The position numbers and the translations under genes were made by a program. DNA of 64,000 bases from positions 19,610,871 to 19,674,870 of the forward strand of contig NC_092676.1 of NCBI RefSeq assembly GCF_964355755.1, in the 5' to 3' direction. The stretch's first letter is position 1; each line of letters begins with the position of its first letter. Below are positions 55,301 to 64,000 of this stretch, piece after piece. The DNA is from Antedon mediterranea. Lineage: Eukaryota > Animalia > Echinodermata. The notes under the pieces were generated by a model that saw only the letters and a program-made list of their open reading frames with translations, did no database searches and was not told the origin of the DNA.

Positions 55301-58300
55301 TAAAATATTCCATTTTAATGTCCACAATATTAAAATATAATAGTTAATTATATATCAACCGTAATAGTAATAGTAAATAAATAACGATTATTTTATTTAC
55401 CTGACGTTTCGCCAACTATCAGTTGGCTTTCTCAAAGTGTAGTGACACGTAACTATATTAGTTATTCACATTGACTGAAAATTAAAGGGGACAAAATATC
55501 TATATACAGTACCTGAAAAAAAAAAACCTGTAATTTGAATTATAAATAAATAATAAAGGAATTTATAAACAGACAAAGTTTATACTACTTCTAATCTTTC
55601 AAGGCCACACATATGGTCACTTTTTTCGGTTGTTTTAACAGATAGAGAGTAGAGGGCAGTATTGTATATTTCTTGTCAGTTGCTTTAATGTTTTTTAAGG
55701 ATAATTGTTAATTTTTGCTTAAAATAATAAGGTTTAAATACCACATTTTTGTTTCAATACAATGCTTATTTGACACTTATTGCCGCTTATTCTGCGTTAG
55801 GCTTGTTTTAATGCCGTTCAGTTTGATGTTTCTCGTGCATGTAGTTTGGTTTTGAATTTAGGCTATAGCATATACAAAGGTGTTTACATTGAGAAACCGA
55901 TTTTTCTATAGAAACAAAAACATAAGAAATTAACTTAAATAAGAAAATGGCGCTTAGTGAAAGATACTAGGGAGCTATCGATTTACGACAACCAATGACC
56001 TTCCTAGATCAGATCAATCGATATGTCGTCGGTCGTCGCCTGGACTTCATTCGTTCGTTGTCCCATGACCTAGGTGGTTGTAGAGGCGTAGCAGACGAGA
56101 TACAGTAGTACTCATCATAACACGACACTCACTCACGCCTGGACCTACAAACCCATCAAACCTGTGTCAAGGTTAGGAGCTAAGCCTAGGACCAATGTAC
56201 CAATATCTTTGCAAGCCCACAATGAATAAACATGACGTAGTTTGGTCATCGGTTTTTGCAAATTGAAAGCTCCATATTAGCAAGCTTTTGTTTTCGAACA
56301 TTAGAAAGAAGGATACGGTAATTTATACAAAGATTCCTTTATGTAGGCGTTTAAGCGCTGTATACAGTACATCGTTACGTTCATTAACGGGACTGTTTTG
56401 GTCGATTGGACGTGTGTCCTTGGTCGATCATCTTTAGTGAAAGCTTGTTATTGGCATTTGGCAAAAGTGGCACAGCAATTTACAGTTCTGCAAAAACATG
56501 TGCATTCATTGACTGTGATGTCAAGCTACAGGTTCAAACATAAGCCCTATGTAAAAACACATCAGCAATGGCTGAAAACATAGTATAAACAGATTATCAG
56601 AGATTTGGCATTGTATGAAAAATGCTTGTTTTTCTCATCCTGAAGGAAATGATGTAGATAATATGGTTTAATGCATGCCAATTTTTTTTCCCTTATGACT
56701 TAAATGATTTGTTGAATATCCATTTACAAATACCTTTTTTTTTTACTTTGCACATCGCATAATTATCTGATTGGCAACAATATAGTATAATATCTTTTCC
56801 TTATGCGATTGTTATGTTAGAGTTTTCTATATAGGCTACTACAACCACTTGAACTTGCCAACTATTTTTCCAGATCTTAATGTATTTTAATGAGGAGAAT
56901 TTGTTTAGTTTAGTAAAGTAAGTTTAGAAACGTTTGATTGCTTTACAGATATTATGCATACTCTATGGAGATTTTTCTGCTTATTTCTTTTACTTATTGA
57001 GATTGTAATTTATAAAACAGCTTCTGCCACATATATTCCTTGCCACACAACTGAGTCTTTTTGAAGTTTGTAAGTAATATCCTCGCAGATGCTGTAAGAA
57101 ATCTGTTGAGAATGATACTACCACCACCAGCTGCTACCACCTATATCCTTCACTGCTCATCTGCATCTCTTTACACTTTGTCAGTAACCTTTCACAGATG
57201 ATGTTAGAAATCTGTTGAGAATGATACCACCAGCATCACACTACCATGAGGTCCATGGGTGATTGTTTTTTGTATAGTTGTGTATATAGAGAGTTTTTTT
57301 ATATGTTTGTATATATGATTACGAAATAAAGAATAACATGAATGAATGTTGAGTGGATAGTCCAGACTTTCTTGACTTGAATGCAATCAATATTTTATCT
57401 TTTTTATCTTTTCAGAGCTATATTGTTTGTGAGTTGGATCAGAAGTTTGATCTCTTGTACTCTTTTATCAGAAGCAACACTAAATCTAAGATTCTTGTTT
57501 TCATGGCCAGCTGTAAACAGGTACAGTATGCTTCTTTTGACAAAATGTGTTTTGAAACCAATTTCCTTAAGTGTATAAATGTGAATGTAAATGTGGTGGA
57601 ATAACCTGTGTTTTGCAGCCTATAACTGAGCTGAATTGCGCACATGACCCTTCGTGTCAACTCATGATGCCACCAAACGGCGCTCATTCGTGTATTTGTC
57701 AAGGCAAAAAAACCTTTACTTATCGTTCATCTAAAAGCTGGAATGAACTTCCAAATGAATTAAAAATTAACTTTAAAGATTTTTCAATAACTTCATTCCA
57801 AAATGCAATTAGTACTCAATATTTTTAACTGAATTTTTTGTTTTCTAAAATTGATTACTATTTTTAATGTATATTTCAATTACTCTTTGTCTTTATTTTA
57901 TTATGTTATATTTTCAATTACTGTACCACCTTTGAAATCTGTGCACTAGTACTGAAAGTGCCTACAGAATAAAGAAAGAATAAATAAATAAATAAATATC
58001 TTGTAAATAATTATTTTCTGCTCAATTTTATAATTGTTTTTGATATATAAAATGTATTCTATTACTGTAGCTGTATGTTAGGTAAAACCTGATTAAATAG
58101 TTTTCATTTTCTTGTCAGTAGAAATGAGTGTCTAATAATTACTTAAATTGTGCGACCGTGCCAAATGGAAGCTTAGTTGATCGGTTTGGGTTTTTTTTAA
58201 CATTGTTAAATCTTCAAATTGCTAAATCAACATGGAACTGAATCTATCTCACCTCATGGGTATACATGGTTTGCCACAAGAGTGTTGTATTTAGGGTTAT

Positions 58301-61300
58301 GTCTTCGTTTTGATGACACAGACAAGTTCAGTCCATCTTCACATTTTTTTCTTCACGTAACTGACATTATGTATAATACCATCAGTGCCATTTGTTATAT
58401 GAGATTTGAAAAAAAACACAATTTAAAGGACAAAATAATAAAATAAATTTAAATTAATTTTTGTCTTTGTCATTGGTAAATTTTAAGTTTCTTGGTCAAG
58501 GCTAAGCACTTTGAAATGTAACTAAAAATAAGTACACATATTTCCTAAAAACATAAAGAAGAAATAATAATTTTAAAATATTTTAGGATAAATTGAATTT
58601 CCTATAATTTAACTGTTTGCGTTTGGTCATTATTGTTTGGCCCTGAAAATTCAAAACTATAGATTGAACAAGGCCAACAGCCTTAAGTCGCGTGCTAAAA
58701 TGCATAGTGATACCGGACAGACAGACAGACCGACCGACCGACCGACATAGTGAACTATAGAGTCGCGTCCACGCGACTAAAAACAAAATTTGATGTCAAT
58801 GTCTAAAACCCATTGTCCTTAATACTTTGCTCGTTTGGTTCCCAAAATTACATCTTGATTCGACTTTGCTATGACCTTGTCTGACTTAGTGCATTGAAGT
58901 TTACAGTAATATCATAGGAAATTTCCAAAGAATACATATTTTTATTGTTGTTTATATTATCCCAAAAGATAAAATGAAAGAAAGAATTAAAAGAAGTTAA
59001 ATATCTTGCAATCAATATTAACAAATCATAAAGCAAATTAAATTAATCTTAATATTTGATCATCATCATTAGAAATTAATAATGTTCAATTTGGAAATTC
59101 CTGTTATTTTATTAATATACTACCACAGGTACGATACCATTTTTCCATCACCTTCTGTTTCCCTAGACATACTGATGAAAAGGATGCAGATAGTTTTTAC
59201 TCAATTAAATAGTGGCTTTTTGATATTAAATTTAAAACAAATTTTTACGAAAAATATTACTCATATTGATCATTTTGTCTGCAGTTTAACCTTAATAAAA
59301 ACTACTTTGTCGTATTATATTTTTTGTTATCTTTGACAATGTGCAAATCTTACACATCCTGAATCCCTGACCCAGTCTATAGTTATTTCTGAGTTATCTA
59401 CTCGGTAAACGTTATCCTTACAAATTGATCAGAAACTGGAACTTGCCGCGACGTTTTCTTATCCAAGCACGCCCCACAGCGCATCCTGTCATGCCGACCT
59501 CGAACTGCGCAAAATCATCGGAAAGATAAAAGGTAATACTCAATGATACGAACTGAACTGTGATGATTGGACATGTGATGTAAAGGTCGTGAAGTGTAGT
59601 GGTCAAGGTAAATCACGTGTTACGTAAATTATGATGAACACGTGTTTGTGAGCTTGTCTTATTTCCTTTTGGCTTCTATAGTAATTTATCAAACATCAAA
59701 TAACAATTCTAATGCAGATGTAAAACAAGAAATTGTCATAAAAATACTGGAAGAGGACAAATTAGCTGATTGATAGAGATGACATGATATTGTTTTAGTT
59801 CTAACAAATAGAAGTTATTTTCAGCATTTGAATCACCAGGACATAAGTCTTAAAAAAGTTTTTTTCAACATAACTTTCAAAGACAAATTATTTATTAATA
59901 GTGAGTTTACAGGATAATAAACTCTCATAACGACATTTTCTTGTTCATATACCTATCACTACAGTAATCATAAGTCTGGTATGGCTCAGATTATCATATA
60001 TGGTAAATTTCTTTTTAAGATAACAATAAGATTTTCATTAAAAAAATAATTTATAATAATATTGAATAATAAAAAAATAATTATTTAGTAATTTATTTTT
60101 TTAGAATTGTAAAAAAAACAATATTTATAAACTCATTGTGACGACACAAAGATGAGCAAATTGTATATATTATGAATTTTGTCATCTAACCAGATGTTTC
60201 TGGGTTAATCCCATTGTCTATATATAGACGTCTAGCCGTCCCTTGCCATTTAAGAATTATACCTTGTGACGTAAAACATGTTATATAAATGAGAAAACTA
60301 GAGTGAGTGTTAGCATTTCAATTAACTGCAAATCTTTGTGGTTTGTTAATATATCACAATTGCATTTGTAAGCTCTGACCTGTTTTTCTTTCTTCGTCAT
60401 CTGTCATGTTTCAGATATTTATTGTTGTATTTTATTTATAATAAATCACTAATGGCGCCTGTCTATTTTAAAACAAAGAATCGATCATTTCTTTCTTCTT
60501 GCCAGCAGAAATGGGTCCACACACAAAAAATACAAAAAAAGAACCAATCTTAAAAATGGTATTATCAAAGATCACAATTAATTTCTGTCTATCATAATGT
60601 TCTTAAACCAGTTTTCGTTGAACAGTTATAATAATATAATAATATTTATTGGTTACTCTCCTTTAAAAAGGTCATAGTCATACAGTAGTTACAATATATA
60701 TTCGTGTTGTGTCCGTTGGATATTGTACTCCGCCAACAGAGCAAACAGAATTTCTATGTTTTTTCTTAAAACAAATGATAATAAATGATACTTGACTTGA
60801 CTTGACTTGATACCTAAACTGATTTTTAAGAAAACTGTTTTTTCTTTTAGGATTTTGCAAATAGAAACTTGCCAACTCCATTATTACTCATTAATATTTT
60901 AGTTTTGAATAACATCTAAATATAAATTTATAATTTTGTTGTGAATTTTTTTTATTATACCTTATTCCATATTCAATTTTCTCATTTTTGTTATTTAATA
61001 GGTGAAATACATTTTTGATGTTTTTTGTATGCTTCAACCGGGAATTTCAGTGATGGCGTTATACGGAACACTTCATCAAATGCGACGAATGGCAGTGTAC
61101 AGCGAGTTTTGTAAACGTGAACATGCAGTTTTGTTTGCTACAGACATCGCTGCAAGAGGTCTTGGTATGTATAAAATACTAGTGTACGCTGATTGAAGAT
61201 GGATTTTATAAAAAATATCTCCAAAATAAATAGAGCAAGCCACCAGATTCAATATTTCAAACTTTATTTGTTCATCTTCAGGAAAGAATAATGTTAGCTA

Positions 61301-63959
61301 CCGAGAATGATGGACAATCAATTGACCAATCAAAATTTTCCCTATTGCAAAATCTTTAAATAGGGTTTGATTAAAAAGAAATACCCCTCATTTGTTTCAT
61401 GGTGATGAGTCCCCTTAATAGAGGTGTCTTTATAATCAATTTTATGGGTTCAAAACAAGGGGTTCTACTTTTTTGCTCCTATCCTAAATAATAAGTAAAA
61501 GAACATTTGTGCATGCCGAATTGCTTAGCTCATGCCCATACTGAATTTGGAGGAACTATCATAAGATATTCTAGTATGCATATGTTGATGTAAATGTTAT
61601 ACAGCCTCAAAGTGCAAGCTAAGTTCAGCTCGCATAGAGAAGATTCCAATAATTTGGTTGAGTAATTACTTGTATCTTTGCTTGTACCATTAACAATTTG
61701 ATTAGGTTCACTCAAAGTTTATACACTGATAATTTATTTTATAGATATAATACTGGTATTGTAACCAGCAACACGTATTATGTAAAATGATAAATGCTAT
61801 TTTTATTTATAAAATAGGTCAACAAAATAATTTGCTGGTATCTCCAAGCCCCAAGTCTTCAATTGGGCACTGTCATGCAAACAACAGATACAAAAATATT
61901 AAAGAATTCCCTCTAAAAATCCTTTTAGTTTCTGTTTACAAGTTTGCTTGAGCATAAAACTGTATTACAACCCCTATTAAGGGGATGTCTTTGATACCCA
62001 AATGTGTTCCTTTCTGATAGGGGTATGTCTCCTGCCGACAGACTATTTCTCCTTAAATTCTTTTCACAAGAAAGTGACCCAAATGAGGAGTGCTAATGTA
62101 TCTCCATATAATTATATAAAAAGTGTGCTAATTTCTAATCATTTCTGTTTCATATTAACAGAGAAAATGTGTTTCATTAAAAAAAAATAAAACTCTGAAT
62201 TTTGCTGCCACATTTTTACTGTACTCAACTGTCTTCCACACACAGACTTCCCAGCTGTCAACTGGGTAATGCAACTGGATTGTCCAGAAGATGCAGACAC
62301 ATACATCCATCGGGCAGGAAGAACTGCAAGATATGAGAAAAATGGCGAATCGCTGCTTGTGTTATTACCATCTGAGGAGAAAGAAATGCTTCGACAACTT
62401 GTTGAGAAAAAGATTCCAATTCAAAAAATAAGGTATACCATATTTTTCCATTTTGTAAAGAGGCTTTTTAGCACATATTATTATTATACATTAGAATTTG
62501 TAAATCTATTGAATGAGATAAATTTTCATGACTATTAATATCTCCAGCCATTGAACTAAAATACTAAGACATTGTCGTACATTAACCTAACAAATTCAAT
62601 TTAGTTTTCTTACGGCCTAATCACAGTGAAACTATTTTCATTGTGAGACTTTGTTTTAGTACTGGTACTGGTACTGGTTCAAATAACCGTCTCACAGAGA
62701 CATCTGGTAGCCATTGACTTAAAGTTGGCATTTGGATGTGTATAGTAGGGTGAGTTTAGTTCAAGTGAAACGCAATTCAACGCAGTAATAATAATGTTAT
62801 AATGAAGGTATAAGGAGTATATTAAAATACTGTCATCGTGGTTTTTAATTAAAACAATAGTACATTTTACATTATAGGACAAATCCAAAAAAACAGCAGT
62901 CAGTTCAGAAGTTGTTGCAGTCGTTATGTGCTGAGGACTTTGTACTAAAACAGGAGGCTCAGCGTTGCTTTATTTCTTACATTAAGTCTGTCTACCTGAT
63001 GAAAAACAAGCAGGTTTTCAACGTCCAATCACTGCCATTGGAAGCATTTTCATAGTAAGAAGTAGTAACTGTATTGTTAAAAATATATAGTAAAATTGTT
63101 GGGAGACAAACTCCAATTCACATTGTGCATGATGCTGACAACATTTGAATGCAAAGCAATCTAGTACAGGTTCTACTGTGATATGATAACCAGGCTTATA
63201 TGCCAATAAAGGTCTGAACATTTTTATGGGCCTAATTATATGTGTTTACGACCTCCTCTACATAGTGATTCTTGGGGTGAACACATTTTATTAACAGTGC
63301 TTGGGAAAAAAAGAACTATAAAATGGAAACATTTATGTTATAAATGCACCATTGTATCTAATTAAACTTTGTCAATGTATTGTACTAATTTATTTTAAGA
63401 AAGATGAAGATGACCTATGATTAGTAATACAAATTGTTCATAAATTGATTTCAGTTCTTTAGGCCTAGCTGTACAACCAAGAGTGAGGTTCCTAAAAAGG
63501 GCAGAAAAGAGGAAAAAGGAACAGCAAATGTCAAAAAGCAGTGTACCACCAACAGTATCATCAGATCCAAAGGTTCTAAGAATCCGTAAACTTCTTCTGG
63601 ATGAGGGAAGCGTCGAGACAGGTGTGCCACCGTCAAGTCAGGAGGAAGGTGATGATACTACTTTACAAGAATCAGATGACGATTATGGTGAAGAAATTCG
63701 TAAATTTAACCTAAAAGCCAGCAGAGATGCTGAAAATGAACCGACAGCTGATGATGAGAATGGTGAAGATTCAAATCAAAATGAAGAGGAAAGTGATGAG
63801 GAAAATGATGGTACCAAAGATGTACCTACAACAGAGGGGAATGAAAATGAACGTATAAGTTTTGAAGCAAAAACCTTTGAATCTAGTGATGAGGAAGATG
63901 AAGATAATTTGTTTACTGTAAAACAAAAAGACGTTTTTGGGACTAAAACTTATGAGGAG
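28198..63959 (+). CDS. DDX10: ATP-dependent RNA helicase DDX10 (Dbp4); 11 coding exons in the window, gene continues beyond the right edge
   Basis: Phase-consistent GT-AG exons join to give [73 protein letters not shown] and DDX10-type [18 protein letters not shown] and [13 protein letters not shown]. Confidence 0.96.
28385..28640. repeat. TAGGCCTA/GCTAG low-complexity tract
   Basis: Dense palindromic TAGGCCTA/TAGCTA words at the start of DDX10 intron 1; also at about 28095-28122, 29060-29105 and 29450-29530. Confidence 0.85.
28647..29445. mobile_element. Foldback non-autonomous DNA transposon with about 345-bp TIRs and an 8-bp TSD (Merlin- or MULE-like)
   Basis: Arms about 28647-28995 and 29107-29445 are near-perfect reverse complements starting GGCGCTAGTTCCGTTTCGCACC; GTTATTAG duplicated at 28639-28646 and 29446-29453. 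Confidence 0.9.
29754..30091. mobile_element. MITE with about 50-bp TIRs and a TAA target duplication
   Basis: TGCACTTGTCAATTGTATGACYCACTATACRACCCCCGGGAGA at both ends; TAA at 29751-29753 and 30092-30094; repeated internal TGACGCAC/TGCGTCA motifs. Confidence 0.88.
32466..32657 (+). CDS. DDX10: DDX10 exon 2 (Q motif, motif I)
   Basis: ttgcag|TTT...CCA|gtatga; [14 protein letters not shown]...PTDIQK...[16 protein letters not shown]; 192 nt. Confidence 0.97.
32629..32850 (+). repeat. About 87-bp tandem repeat (2.5 copies) spanning the exon 2 donor
   Basis: caggaaaa(a)ctct...acca(g/t)tatgaatt units start at 32629, 32716 and 32804. Confidence 0.85.
32870..33006. mobile_element. Tc1/mariner (pogo/Tigger-like) MITE
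   Basis: TIR CAGTAAAACCCCT...AGGGGTTTTACTG flanked by TA on both sides. Confidence 0.8.
33119..33277 (+). CDS. DDX10: DDX10 exon 3 (motif Ia, GG)
   Basis: ttttag|CTT...AAG|gtaagg; [53 protein letters not shown]; 159 nt; not in the ORF track. Confidence 0.97.
33497..33684 (-). mobile_element. tRNA-headed SINE remnant with a Deu/Nin-like core
   Basis: Minus strand has A-box TAGCCGAGCGGTTAAGAC followed by GTCTTCTCGGATAAGGACTATAAACC; a related core fragment (GCACATTAAAGAACC) lies on + at about 37535-37620. Confidence 0.6.
39419..39480 (+). mobile_element. tRNA-derived SINE head
   Basis: A-box TGGCTTGGTGGTTA and B-box-like CCTGGGTTCA; the 3' half of a tRNA is missing, so it is not a tRNA gene. 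Confidence 0.55.
43193..43442 (+). repeat. Local tandem duplication, about 137-bp period
   Basis: aaatgttaaaaagacaYgtttgttgaagt...tgaaaaa and tatttactgtWcaaagtaaaaataa each occur twice. Confidence 0.75.
44093..44880. repeat. Minisatellite, about 44-bp unit, about 17 copies
   Basis: Unit GAAGTGTTTAGGTAGAAAAGTGTGTAGTGGAAGTACTGTTTGTC, with more diverged edge copies. Confidence 0.95.
44967..45145. mobile_element. PIF/Harbinger-like MITE (179 bp) with TAA TSD
   Basis: TIR AGCKTGGTTCCCACTAG; TAA at 44964-44966 and 45146-45148; near-identical inverted copy at 53961-54139. Confidence 0.9.
45946..46066 (+). CDS. DDX10: DDX10 exon 4 (motif Ib)
   Basis: ttatag|GAT...CTT G|gtaaga; [40 protein letters not shown]; 121 nt. 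Confidence 0.97.
46795..46909 (+). CDS. DDX10: DDX10 exon 5 (DEAD and SAT motifs)
   Basis: tttcag|TT CTC GAT GAG GCT GAT...ACT AA|gtacga; 115 nt. Confidence 0.97.
46976..48745. mobile_element. About 1.77-kb non-autonomous DNA transposon with 15-bp TIRs and an apparent 5-bp TSD
   Basis: TIR CTACGCTCGCGCTAA / TTAGCGCGAGCGTAG; CATAG at 46971-46975 and 48746-48750; subterminal TTCGCCA/TGGCGAA motifs; no transposase ORF. Confidence 0.82.
48992..49088 (+). CDS. DDX10: DDX10 exon 6
   Basis: ttgtag|A TCT GTA CGT...GAA CAG|gtatgc; [32 protein letters not shown]; 97 nt. Confidence 0.96.
49150..49765. repeat. Minisatellite, about 95-bp unit, about 6.5 copies
   Basis: Recurring ttcagactgtt...gcccaacatc...aaaccttctcctctgt...gcttctgcaca...acttgagatg. 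Confidence 0.92.
51348..52545. repeat. About 85-bp tandem array (about 13 copies) enclosed by pogo/Tigger-like MITE ends
   Basis: Unit AATATGTTTTAATACTACGGCTAAACTCTATTCAGGGGACACCCCTATTAAGGGAAAACTTTCCTGGAAAACAGACGAGAATCAA; outer ends tatagaagtacctct and aggggttctactata match 12/15 as inverted repeats. Confidence 0.92.
53722..53860 (+). mobile_element. Penelope-like terminal repeat remnant with a minimal hammerhead ribozyme-like motif
   Basis: CTGATGA (53726-53732), stem GGGC/GCCC, GAAA (53749-53752), then ACTCTG. Confidence 0.55.
53961..54139. mobile_element. PIF/Harbinger-like MITE, inverted copy of 44967-45145
   Basis: Reverse complement of the 44967 element over its full length with few substitutions. 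Confidence 0.9.
55400..55438 (-). other. Penelope-type minimal hammerhead-like motif with a variant core
   Basis: Minus strand CTTTGAGAAA-GCCAAC-TGATA-GTTGGC-GAAACGTC-AGG. Confidence 0.5.
55969..56275. mobile_element. Diverged Harbinger-like MITE
   Basis: Imperfect TIRs of about 30 bp: ggagctatcgatttacgacaaccaatgacc and ggtcatcggtttttgcaaattgaaagctcc. Confidence 0.6.
57416..57520 (+). CDS. DDX10: DDX10 exon 7 (motif IV)
   Basis: tttcag|AGC TAT...AAA CAG|gtacag; [35 protein letters not shown]; 105 nt. Confidence 0.97.
57640..57998 (+). mobile_element. 3' end of an L2/CR1-group LINE
   Basis: Encodes [21 protein letters not shown], a typical ORF2 C-terminus, followed by an AT-rich UTR and (AAAT)n tail. 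Confidence 0.7.
58667..58783 (-). mobile_element. HINE/DINE-1-like non-autonomous Helentron
   Basis: Minus strand: TTTTT, subTIR AGTCGCGTG, partial IR ACGCGACT, (GTCG)n(GTCT)n microsatellite, second subTIR CACGCGACT, hairpin AAGGCTGTTGGCCTT, TT. Confidence 0.85.
61002..61164 (+). CDS. DDX10: DDX10 exon 8 (motifs IVa and V)
   Basis: taatag|GTG AAA...CTT G|gtatgt; VKYIFDVFC...[11 protein letters not shown]...[12 protein letters not shown]; 163 nt. Confidence 0.97.
62246..62432 (+). CDS. DDX10: DDX10 exon 9 (motif VI)
   Basis: acacag|AC TTC CCA...ATA AG|gtatac; (D)[31 protein letters not shown]...; 187 nt. Confidence 0.97.
62878..63054 (+). CDS. DDX10: DDX10 exon 10 (C-terminal extension domain)
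   Basis: ttatag|G ACA AAT CCA...TCA TA|gtaaga; [58 protein letters not shown]; 177 nt; not in the ORF track. Confidence 0.95.
63455..63959 (+). CDS. DDX10: DDX10 exon 11 (SLGL..PRVRFL plus acidic low-complexity region)
   Basis: tttcag|T TCT TTA GGC CTA GCT GTA CAA CCA AGA GTG AGG TTC...GAG GAG|gtacag; 505 nt open, Asp/Glu-rich. Confidence 0.92.
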
Positions 63960-64000
63960 GTACAGTACAATACAAATGTTTTCTTTAATTGCTTTATAAA

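Noticed and set aside
59418-59606. MTGCAVG start resembling a THAP domain
   Set aside because: The remaining Cys/Pro/Trp/His THAP residues are absent.

Overview
AT-rich, intron-containing animal DNA. The many TAGGCCTA motifs, Deu/Nin-type SINE remnants and transposon mix suggest an invertebrate deuterostome, probably an echinoderm (inference). Two + strand protein-coding loci are visible. (1) The terminal exon (4810-5048) of an NR0B (DAX1/SHP)-like nuclear receptor. Upstream of it lies a compact TATA promoter with NR5A and octamer sites (1842-1911) and a closed 96-aa ORF (2285-2575) carrying SHP/DAX1-like LxxLL boxes; I found no middle ligand-binding-domain exon between the two. (2) The first 11 coding exons of the DEAD-box helicase DDX10 (28198-63959), which continues beyond the window. 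The rest is intergenic or intronic: MITEs and non-autonomous DNA transposons, a HINE/Helentron element, truncated LINEs and SINEs, Penelope-type hammerhead remnants, minisatellites and microsatellites. The most notable observations are the candidate LxxLL microprotein nested in the NR0B locus, a window-wide excess of NR5A/ERR-type CAAGGYCR sites, and a pre-miRNA-like hairpin in the NR0B 3' UTR. All analysis was by eye; no searches were run.
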